The notes: generated by a model from the sequence alone, not told the origin. A stretch of 10,352 bases of DNA from Paraphysomonas bandaiensis (GCA_965644295.1 CBFFRP010000588.1:1-10352), one strand, 5' to 3'; counted from the stretch's first letter, positions 1-10,000 are shown. Translations and numbers: made by a program.

Positions 1-14
1 ATAGGCAATATACA

Positions 15-116
15 GTATGTATGTAGGTATGTATGTATGTATGTATGTATGTATGTATGTATGTATGTATGTATGTATGTATGTATGTATGTATGTATGT
101 ATGTATGTATGTATGT
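15..116. repeat. (GTAT)n microsatellite, left arm of a fold-back palindrome
   Basis: About 25 GTAT units with one GTAG variant (G at 26). The array switches to its reverse complement at GTAC 115-118. Confidence 0.97.
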
Positions 117-358
117 ACATACATACATACATACATACATACATACATACATACATACATACATACATACATACATACATACATACATACATACATACAT
201 ACATACATACATACCTACATACCTACCTACATACATACATACATACATACATACATACATACATACATACATACATACATACATACCTACATACCTACCT
301 ACATACATACATACATACATACATACATACATACATACATACATACATACATACATAC

Positions 359-389
<31 letters not shown>

Positions 390-623
390 CATACATACAT
401 ACATACATACATACATACATACATACATACATACATACATACATACCTACATACCTACCTACATACATACATACATACATACATACATACATACATACAT
501 ACATACATACCTACATACCTACCTACATACATACATACATACATACATACATACATACATACATACATACATACATACATACATACATACATACATACAT
601 ACATACATACATACATACATACA

Positions 624-657
<34 letters not shown>

Positions 658-1391
658 CATACATACATACATACATACATACATACATACATACATACAT
701 ACATACATACATACATACATACATACATACATACATACATACATACATACATACATACATACATACATACTTACATACATACCTACCTACATACATACCT
801 ACATACATACATACCTACCTACATACATACATACATACATACATACATACATACATACATACATACATACATACATACATACATACGTACATACATACAT
901 ACATACATACATACATACATACATACATACATACATACATACATACATACATACATACATACATACATACATACATACATACATACATACATACATACAT
1001 ACATACATACATACATACATACATACATACATACATACATACATACGTACATACGTACATACATACATACATACATACATACATACATACATACATACAT
1101 ACATACATACATACATACCTACATACCTACCTACATACATACATACATACATACATACATACATACATACATACATACATACATACATACATACATACAT
1201 ACCTACATACCTACCTACATACATACATACATACATACATACATACATACATACATACATACATACATACATACATACATACATACATACATACATACAT
1301 ACATACATACATACATACATACATACATACATACGTACATACATACATACATACATACATACATACATACATACATACATACATACATACA

Positions 1392-1421
<30 letters not shown>
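117..1421. repeat. (ACAT)n microsatellite, ~1.3 kb, with ACCT/ACGT/ACTT variant units
   Basis: Directly visible 4-bp period over about 325 units. It accounts for all the HTYI/MYVC ORFs in the track. Confidence 0.98.
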
Positions 1422-1422
<1 letters not shown>

Positions 1423-1521
1423 GTCGTGTTATATTCAGCATATATAGCAACAAATGTCAGCATATTCATATATATATACTTAGAGGCCAATTGAAGGGGT
1501 TATCTCCTATCTCTGGATACT

Positions 1522-4500
1522 ATGCGACATAGTCGATTTCCAGAGAGGCCTCAAGCTCCTGTTAGTAGCTCATCTAAGAGCCCAAGAGCCTCTAAAGTTA
1601 CATCAGGGGATATACATATTAAAATGTATGTATATATAGTGATTGTGTTTGTTATATATACAGTTTTATGTATATATAGTTATGTTTGTGTAGTTAGTTA
1701 TATATATACACTTATGCTTATATATGTGTATATAGGAAAGACAATGATGCGCCTGTAATACTGAAAGGAGGAGTCGGTCAGGCAGAGAAGTAATAAACAC
1801 ACTGAAATCTACACGTATTTTAATATTATTGATAGGGCGATGTCTTTTATACTTCGTGAATTTCCTGCTCCAGCTAATTTCTTCTCGGTGGATTTAATCG
1901 TTCTTGAAACTCATCAAAAATGGTGTATATTTGTCCCTATCGTCGATGTATGTTTTGCAAGTGATATTTCTTCTTTGTATAATTTGATTTATTAGGAGCT
2001 CGCTGTGTTGGTTAACTTATGGTCTCGCCATCCACGTCTCAGTAGCAAGAAGCAGTTGGGTCAATGGATTATGGAGTCTTGTAAGGTGGAATTTAAGGGT
2101 TTAGAGATAGTGGGGTCTCAATTCGATCAAAAATCCCTTATGTGGAAATGTGTGGACGAGATCGCGCGGGTGCAGTGTACGATGGCGGTGAAGATACAAG
2201 CTTTTAGTAGAGGCTGGATGGTGCGTAGGAAAAAGCTCCAATCCAGTTTCTTCGACCGTTCTTTCTATACTTATAGTTCGTGGGCCAAGAAAAGGGCCAA
2301 GACAAAGCCCACAGATGGTTTCAAAGTTATCTCTATTTCTACTCCTTGTGCGATTTCACCCTATAGAGATTCTCTTCCACACCCAACTACCATGCCTCGG
2401 ATAGGACGTATTGATGACAGCAGACCCGCATATACACCCGGAGTGATAAAGCCAGTAATACAAGACCATAATTGGTTAGGGGAACCTGAGCGTAGATCTG
2501 TGAGTGCTGGAGGCGGTGACCGGAAGTGGAGGTATGCTCAACTCAATGTTTTAATTGTAGTGTTGATATATTTGTGTCCAGGAGTCGTCATCATCATTCC
2601 AAGCGGTATTCGAATCGTCCTTACCTTTCTTCTTCTACGCGACACCGCACCACCTCACCAAGTCGTGTAAAATCTGCCCATGGATCGAGGAGAGGGCCGG
2701 GTCCTGGAATGCGAGACTGTATGTACAGTGAATTGAGATCAGTCAATCTGTGGGACTCTCATCGGCAGAAGCTTGATGAAGGACTGAACGATGACCGGGA
2801 GGAATCCACAGTTCTTCTTAATGTTGCTGTCAACGATCGAGCTGTTCCAACGCCGACCACACTTTATTCATTAGAGCCCGAAGAGTCTCTAGTTCGGGCA
2901 GCTATGAATGGCACTGAATGGAGTATATTAACAGAACAAGGTCAAACTCCTGAACTGCCTCAGAATCAAAGTGGTTCCTGGACCCGTAATACCCATGTGC
3001 GACATTTATTTGGTGAAAGCATAGCCGATTCACAACACGCCTCTGTATGGCACGGGTCAGTAGTTGATAATATGTTCATGACGGGTGAGTTAGAGTCGAT
3101 CCATTATGCTGGGGCATCAACATACCCGGACAGTTCAGGAGACAGAGCTCGTGCACTTTTACATGATGATGCCGACCCCAAATATATCGGTGACAATCCC
3201 GTCGTGCCAGGTCTCAATAATCAGAGACAGTGGACAGCATGGGTTCGACTGACACGTGCCTTGTCGAACTATTCGATAAGAGTAAGGCGTAGAAACAGGC
3301 GTAAGTACGTCCTGGATAATATTGATGGGTGTAGTGATGCTGATGTGGTGCGCGAAGGACTTGCACTATGTCTGCTTACAGGTGACATATCTATGGCGTA
3401 CAAGTCACTGAAGCGGATATTGAAGGCCCTCTTATCATACATTAATGATGACGGGACAACAGACATATCGATTTTTTCGATAAGTAAGAAAGGAATGAAA
3501 ATGATATTTAAGGTTATGATGTGCTTTGTGAGTACCTCAGTTACGACGGTCGGTGTTGACTTGTTATATCAAATATCTACTTTGACCGATGTGGTCGACA
3601 TTTATGACCATATGGGCGCTGCTGGAGCGTGTGATGTTATCGCTATTACCCTCAGTCGGTACCACAACGACACCAAAGTGTTGTCCCTTGTATTGAAATT
3701 GTGTTCGAGAATCACATGTGATTGCAGTGCGAACCGTCGACTAATGTTGACCCTATCTCACGGAAAAGTGTTTACGAATTTAATTACAGAGTACAGTGGT
3801 AATAGTGATATGCTGGAGAGGCTTCTGAGAGTTCTCTGTAAATTATGCGCTAGCGAAAAAGATATAATGGAAAATTTACCTTTATGTGGAATATATGGTG
3901 CGGTTATGAACTGTCTGATTCTTCATTACAAAGAACCATCTTTCGTATATATGATTGCCCGCAGCATCATGATTTTTTGCTCCAGCAAGCACCCTCAAGC
4001 ACAGACGATATTCGGTACTTGCGATTACTGTGCGGTTTATGTCCACTGTTTACAGCAATGCCGGCAAGATGAACGAGTATATAAACAAGTGGCTTCCACG
4101 ATCATTAGTGTTTGTGGAAAGAGGTTTGACAACCTTGCCAACATATCTTCTGACTACCTAGTTAATACACTATTAGACATACTACGTGATAAGAATGCAC
4201 TTGAAGAAGTAATAAAATGTACCGTAACCCTGGTACATCACTTATGCTGCTACCCCCCTTTGCGTTCTAATTTATTGGCGGGCGGAATAGAAAACGAGTT
4301 GCAAAGAATAGGAACGAAGTATGATCTCAAGCGAACACTTGCAGATATTGAAGTCTTACGTAGCAATGAGGACTCGGGAAGCCCAAGTGCACGTGAGGAG
4401 CATTGTGATATGCCTATTCGATCACCACTAAAGGCTCTAACATCTTTATCACCACCCTTGATGCCGAGTACTCCAGAGCATCTCAAAGTTGGCTTTAAAA

Positions 4501-7500
4501 ACAAACCTGCTATAGAGGGAACAAATTATAAAAATGTTGAAGTCCACGGTAATGAGTTATCAAACAGAATTATTGAAGGTAGCTCCATAACTCCGAGTAC
4601 TCCCGCGGAAGTACAGAACGTCGCCGTGAAAGAAACAGGACATGGAGAAAATACGGTGGAATTTATACGGCAAAAGCTCTCTGCTGTGGACTCAGTGGAT
4701 GAGTCTCACGATGCTGTATTCATTGTAGAGTGTCTGGAACTTTCAGTGGAGCTTGACAGTACCAGTCTTGCGTTACGGGCTCTTCGACGCATTTTGAATA
4801 TACTGCAGCACACAGCTGACAATGCGAGTGCGGAAGGAATTGGTCAAGAGTTAGTCACTCGCATAGATGTACTGGTGACCGCAATTTCTACTTTCAGTAG
4901 CCAGACTGCTGTTCAGGCGCTCTGTATTGCGGTACTTCAAGAAATACCGTGTTCTGAAGACGAGTGGAATATGATTGGTCTGGCAGGGATATATGACTGT
5001 CTGTTTGAAACTTTACGGAAGCACACTGACAACGAAAGTGTATTTATCCCGTGCGTTGAATATCTTACGCAGTTGTCATGTACAGTGGCCAACCGCCTGC
5101 TTGCAACTACCCCCGACCACTGCAAGACGCTTATGATGGTAATGAGTGCCGTTGTGAAACAGAATCAAATGATGGATCAGTGCTGCGGACTTGTACGAGT
5201 GCTCTGCACTGAATCTCAAGAGGGATTGTGTCGCGCTGGGGTAGGTAGCCAGGTCGTAAAATACCTCCTAGAAAATAAACGCCTTCCTAGTATTGTCTCT
5301 GAGTGCGGAGAAACGATATGCGCGTTGGCGCTCAGTAGATCTCCATCTTGCCTACAGACGTTAGCGTCTCATAAACATATTAGGCTTTACGTCCACATCA
5401 TGAAAAGTAATCCACAGAGTGATACTGTCAGTGAGATTGTGTATAACATCATGACTTCGTTGTGCGGTGATGGCGTTGGGGTTTTCGCACAGGAACTCTC
5501 CAAGAGTTGTATCACTCTTGATCTAGTTAACATATTAAAAGATTCCTCCGCTACTACGTATTCACCTGGTGTGATTCAGAACACTCTGTTGCTAGTGATA
5601 TATTTACTACAGAAAGTACCAATGATTCACTCGGACTTTATATCAACAGGTGTGCGGAATAGCTTGTCGCTGTATTGTGTGGAGGACACATGGAGCGATG
5701 AAGTTAGAGACTATGCGAAGCATGCTCTTTGTTTGCTTGGTACATATGATAGTGCACCAGAAATTCGAAAATATGCAGAAGCGGAAGGGAGTGGAGAGAA
5801 GAACGGTAATACATCAGAAAGTCAAGAACGTACAACATTCAGAAAGAATAAAGTGAAGAGTGATAATGCATCGGATAGTCGAATGCATACTCATACCGAA
5901 GAGAGTACAGTGAAGTCTGGTAATGAAAGTCAAAAAACTACGGAAGCTGATTTGCATTCGGTTAGAAGAAATGAGGACTGTGTGTTAGAGAAACGCAAAA
6001 ACTTATCCCCGTTGGAACTTGTGAAGCTAGAGGCATCCCGCAGGTTGAGTGAAGCGAAAGAATTGACTGAACCTGATAAAAGTCAATCACCGGCCCAGCT
6101 GATTGACAACAATGTCCGTGGAATCTCGAATATTGAAGATCCCGAGATTGATTCCGGACACGCTATCGAATCAAAAGTATCCCATAAAGAAAGCTTTGAA
6201 GACAACAAGGCAAACCTAGTGGACCACAAGGGCGCAGACGATGAAAAGTCTAACCTGGTGTCCCCCAAGAACTCAGACGACGAAAAGTCTAATCTGGTGT
6301 CCCCTAAGGGCTCAGAAGACGATAAGCCGAACCTGGCGGACCACAAGGGCGCGGACGAAAAAAGGTCAAACCTGGTGAATCACAAAGGCTCAGAACACGA
6401 TAAGCCAAATCTGGTGGACCACAAGGGCGCAGACGATGAAAAGTCAATCCTGGTGGATCACAAGGGCTCAGACGAAGAAAAGTCAAATCTGGTGGATCAC
6501 AAAGGCTCAGAACACGATAAGCCAAATCTGGTGGACCACAAGGGCGCAGACGATGAAAAGTCAAACCTGGTGGATCACAAGGGCTCAGACGACGAAAAGG
6601 ATATACCGATCGCAACCCGCCCATTAACGCTAGCACACGTCAGCAGTGCCTCTACTATTTCTATTGTCGCACCGAAGAACCGTTCACCAAACAACTCTGA
6701 AAGTCGTACACCATCTTTAAGAATGAGAAGTCCAATCGAATCTATAGACAGCCAAAGAAGTAATAGGAATGGTGGTCTTGTAACTCCAGATTACACGAGG
6801 AGGTTCGGTCATTCAGTATCATCAACATCGGCGATTCCAGTAGAATATTCCATGGCTGATATGTTGGATGGTATTGACAAGTCTTGCAAGGCTGAATTTA
6901 TATCGAATTGTTTAGAGAAATCTGTGTCACAATCTAGCCGTAAACTCGCTCTTAAAGCTCTAGCCAGGACTAAGGTTGTACTGCAGGAGAGTGATAAGAA
7001 TACTATAGATTTACCCCTCGTTCAGATGCTGTTAAGAAACTCACATATACTTCTGAATATATTGGAGACCTTCAGTAATGTGGTCAGCATTCAAGTTCTC
7101 TGTTTTGATATTATTTCGATGCTTCCATATGGAGAGGGCGACCTCACTCGCATTGCAAATGCTGGAGCCTTTGGAATTTTGTATCCCGTAATGCAAAACT
7201 ATGTTTCGGATAGGAGCGTCTTTGTCCCCTGTGTTGAATATATACGACAATTGGCCAGTGATTGTACTTCTAGCAAGTTGCTTGCTGGAAAAAATGGAAG
7301 TTGTGATCTCATCTCCAATGTGATGGGTCGCACAATAAAGGATACTGAAATGTTTGGCGTGTGTTGCAAGCTAGTCTCAGCAATGTGTTCAGATTGCAGA
7401 AGCAATCAAATCGCGTTTAGTCAGTCAGGTATCAACATTTGTATTATTGCACATGATGGTATTTTGTTACTAACTTCTAAATTAGGAATTGGTGGACATA

Positions 7501-8054
7501 TAATAAAGCATCTAATTGAGTACAAACGCGATGTTACAGTAGTAAAAGTGTGCACTAATACTATTCTTTCTCTATGTGAGTCTGGTGTAGAGCAAAATTT
7601 GAAGGCCCTTGGGTCGCATCGACACTTGAAGTTGTACGTTCATCTGGTGCGCACAAATCCAGATGATTCAGTAATGAGCAAGGTTGTGTGTAAGTTTCTT
7701 GCCACTCTCTTTACACACCGCAGTGCTACTTTGACCTCAGAAATGAAGAAAGGAGTGGTGGTTTCTGATATTGTCTCCATTTTAAAGGATGGAGTCACTA
7801 CAAACAAATACGGGTCGCAGCTTATTACACACACTCTAACTTTTACCGCTGTCTTGGTGCGCAACTTTTCTTCTTTACGCTCTGAGTTTTTGGCAGGCGA
7901 TCTGCTTAACACATTAGAACTTTATAATGAGTTGCGCTGGGAAGAATCAGTGATGAAGATAGTGCGCATATTGATAAAGTATTTAACAAGTAAGGATTCC
8001 TCTACTGGTTCTAAGCCATCGCGTGCCCTTGATGGCAGTTTTGGTACGGTGTAA
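1522..8054 (+). CDS. Spliced gene A: large IQ-motif + triple ARM/HEAT-like repeat protein (~2073 aa). Predicted exons 1522-1625, 1736-1789, 1836-1947, 1996-2531, 2582-7428, 7486-8054
   Basis: Five GT-AG introns join the ORFs at 1522, 2005 and 2526 and two small exons in matching phase (total 6222 nt = 2074 codons, stop TAA 8052-8054). The spliced N-terminus reads MRHSRFPERPQAP...IKM KDNDAPVILKGGVGQAEK AMSFILREFPAPANFFSVDLIVLETHQKWCIFVPIVD ELAVLVNLWSR. Exon 1 and the start codon are the least certain: a different open frame from the AG at 1482-1483 is also possible. Confidence 0.85.
1626..1735 (+). other. Gene A intron 1 (110 nt, TA/GTAT-rich)
   Basis: GTATGT...TATAG. Phase 2 junction AT|G gives Met, in frame with KDNDAPV. 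The donor position is less certain than the acceptor. Confidence 0.6.
1790..1835 (+). other. Gene A intron 2 (46 nt)
   Basis: GTAATA...GATAG, AT-rich. Removes an in-frame TAA; junction AA|G gives Lys. Confidence 0.75.
1948..1995 (+). other. Gene A intron 3 (48 nt)
   Basis: GTATGT...ATTAG, T-rich, phase 0. Removes an in-frame TAG between IVD and ELAV. Confidence 0.85.
2182..2235 (+). other. IQ calmodulin-binding motif in gene A
   Basis: MAVKIQAFSRGWMVRRKK matches the IQxxxRGxxxR consensus exactly. Confidence 0.85.
2532..2581 (+). other. Gene A intron 4 (50 nt)
   Basis: AG|GTATGC...TCCAG|G. Joins the 2005 ORF (…GDRKWR) to the 2526 ORF frame (SRHHHSK…) and explains their overlap. Confidence 0.9.
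3312..4328 (+). other. ARM/HEAT-like helical module 1 of gene A
   Basis: Amphipathic helices rich in L/I/V/C. Motifs LDNIDG, MGAAGACDVI, VYVH and LLDILRD are collinear with modules 2 and 3. Confidence 0.65.
4683..5738 (+). other. ARM/HEAT-like helical module 2 of gene A
   Basis: Motifs LALRALRR, IGLAGIYDCL, SVFIPCVEYLTQL, LASHKHIRLYVH and DLVNILKD align with module 3. Confidence 0.75.
6201..6599 (+). repeat. Coding minisatellite: 10 x 39 bp plus a partial unit (13-aa unit, consensus DEKSNLVDHKGSD)
   Basis: Units begin at 6201 and recur every 39 nt. A near-identical block at 6381 recurs at 6498 (117-nt offset). Confidence 0.95.
6861..7985 (+). other. ARM/HEAT-like helical module 3 of gene A
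   Basis: Motifs LDGIDKS, LALKALAR, IANAGAFGIL, SVFVPCVEYIRQL, LGSHRHLKLYVH and DIVSILKD. Confidence 0.75.
7429..7485 (+). other. Gene A intron 5 (57 nt, in frame, no stop)
   Basis: CAG|GTATCA...TTAG|G with a TACTAAC branch point at 7468-7474. Removing it restores alignment to module 2. Confidence 0.88.
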
Positions 8055-9055
8055 TTTGGTATATATTGGTCAGAGAATCTACCAACAAGTCCGGCGTCAC
8101 ATCTTCATTGTATTTTTTGTTACTTATTAGAAATGCGGTTGTGTCCTGTTATTAGACAGATGTTTATTTAAGCATGTATTGTTGTTATTCTTCGCACGCG
8201 ATATTTTTGACATATATTTGCACTATGGTTCCTCTGTTTCTTCATGCTATGAGTATTAAGATAAAAGGAATGTATTATTCAACTTTGTCAAGGTCATTGA
8301 ATTATCTCAAAAACATCATTTAAAAATGAAATTATGGAGATAGTACTAGCTCAACCCTACTAATTTAGAATAGAGTAATGTATTGGCTATAAGTGAGAAG
8401 AAAACGATAGTCATATAGATGCTTTTTACTTCTATATATACGTTATTGCTGCTGCTGCAGTGGTATTATGGTTTACATGTAAAAACTTCTTTTATAAGTA
8501 GCTTATACCAAATGTTTATTTTGCCTTTTGACAGTATTAGTGATTAGTGACGTTTATTGTAACTGCAGAGTTGTAACATTTAGCATACTCTAACGTTTAG
8601 TAAGTTGGTTCTCAAGAGAAAAAGAACTAGTTTAAATGTTGTGAATGTCCCTATTAAATTTAAAATGACAGGTAAGTCTACTAAAATTTTCAGACATTCC
8701 AACTAAGTTAAGAATTTATTCGATTCTACTAAATTTAAGTACGGCTCAACTGCCATTTTTAGTATAGTAGGAACAAATGGAAAATTTAGCACCACAATAA
8801 CACATGGTCATATCTAAAAGTCATTACTAAATCATACTCAGGACCTGGTCATTATTACTTGAACTCTGTACACAAGTTGACAATATAAAATACTCCAATC
8901 GAGTTTTCTCTCTCCATACCATTTCAATTCATCGAAAGAAAATGCTTATACAACATGCAGTATAACCGCATAGTGGATATCATCCGTCTATCACATATAA
9001 CAAGCGCCAATACGATATGATGTTTTAACACTGCACCACAGATGATATAATAATA

Positions 9056-10000
9056 TTATCTACTTCCTATCTTCGTATCTGTAAAGGGGTCTCTGCCTCC
9101 ATGTATTGGTAGTGCATGTTTTTTACGTAGAGCAACTGCTTCCTCTTTCATTACAGTATCCAGTGAATCTTTATATTCTTTACGTCTATGAATACCACGA
9201 GCAGCATGTCTTTGTCTTTGTGCTCTTTCAGCTGCTAGTCTATACATACATACATACATACATTATATACATACACATACATACACATACATACAGTGTA
9301 TTAACACACACCTGTCTGTTTTACCATGTGTTTTAGTTTTTTCTAATGCAAGAAGTGCCTTTAAACGTTGTTCTTCTTCCATTATTGCCTTCTTCTCTTG
9401 TCTTAATGCTTCCAAATCCGAAAATTCAGATAATGCCTATTTTAAAAAAATACAAAATTATACAAATTTTCATAGACAAAAAAAAATATTTTTTGTAATA
9501 TTTACTTTTAAAATAATTTCAGATTTTGCTTTTTCACGTCGTGATTCAGCTAATTGTTTACGTGCTGTTTCTTCAGCTACACGTATTCTATTTTCTTCTT
9601 GTATACGTTCATCTTCTGCTACTAAATCAACAGCAAATGGTGATTTTGCTGTTAATTTTTTCCATTTTTCTTGTCGCTTTTCTTTGACTTTATTATGCTA
9701 TTAAAATATACGTGTAAACACACACATATATATATATATATGAATATGTGAATATATCACTTACTTTCATTTCTTTTTTACGTTGTTCTTCATGATATTT
9801 TGCACGTAACTATAAAATGAAAGTAAATTCAGTAAGAATTATATCAGATAGAATGATATGAAGTCACTTACTTTATCTCTTTCCATTGTATTGCGTGATA
9901 ATATCATGGCAGATTCATATTCCACAAACTTACGATGTTCTGGACTTCCACGTACGGAACTACCACCTGTATTATGACGATCTGGAGAGGTACTATACAT
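9056..10000 (-). CDS. Spliced gene B: uncharacterised charged coiled-coil protein (~224 aa). Exons 10000-9872, 9809-9765, 9697-9506, 9436-9312, 9239-9056
   Basis: Four phase-consistent GT-AG introns give 675 nt: MYSTSPDRHNTGGSSVRGSPEHRKFVEYESAMILSRNTMERDK LRAKYHEEQRKKEMK HNKVKEKRQEKWKKLTAKSPFAVDLVAEDERIQEENRIRVAEETARKQLAESRREKAKSEIILK ALSEFSDLEALRQEKKAIMEEEQRLKALLALEKTKTHGKTDR LAAERAQRQRH...TKIGSR*. The start is uncertain because extra upstream exons are possible. Confidence 0.88.
9240..9311 (-). other. Gene B intron 4 (72 nt, largely (GTAT)n on the sense strand)
   Basis: CAG|GTGTGT...GTATGTATAG|A. Phase 2 junction AG|A gives Arg. Confidence 0.88.
9437..9505 (-). other. Gene B intron 3 (69 nt)
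   Basis: GTAAAT...AATAG, phase 0, extremely AT-rich. Confidence 0.88.
9698..9764 (-). other. Gene B intron 2 (67 nt, contains (TA)n/(TG)n)
   Basis: GTAAGT...AATAG, phase 0. Confidence 0.9.
9810..9871 (-). other. Gene B intron 1 (62 nt)
   Basis: GTAAGT...TATAG, phase 0. Confidence 0.9.

Noticed and set aside
15-1421. Terminal arrays as telomeres
   Set aside because: The unit lacks the G-run typical of telomeric repeats, and the same repeat occurs inside introns.
17-1532. Long HTYI/MYVC-repeat ORFs on both strands
   Set aside because: Artefacts of the stop-free (ACAT)n/(GTAT)n microsatellite, which is open in every frame.
2526-2581. Start of the 1842-aa ORF at 2526
   Set aside because: It is a GTG start, and the first residues mostly translate intron 4. 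The frame is entered by splicing.
2532-2670. Hydrophobic TM-like C-terminus of ORF 2005..2670
   Set aside because: It is read-through of T-rich intron 4 plus out-of-frame exon sequence.
3301-3306. GTAAGT donor-like site within the main exon
   Set aside because: The downstream sequence (LDNIDG…) aligns with the start of modules 2 and 3, so it is coding.
6201-6599. 39-bp repeats as a CRISPR array
   Set aside because: The units are tandem with no unique spacers, lie in frame within a eukaryotic exon, and have no cas genes nearby.
3269-7912. Short antisense and alternate-frame ORFs (62-110 aa) overlapping gene A
   Set aside because: Shadow ORFs of the long coding exon and its minisatellite, with no independent coding signal.
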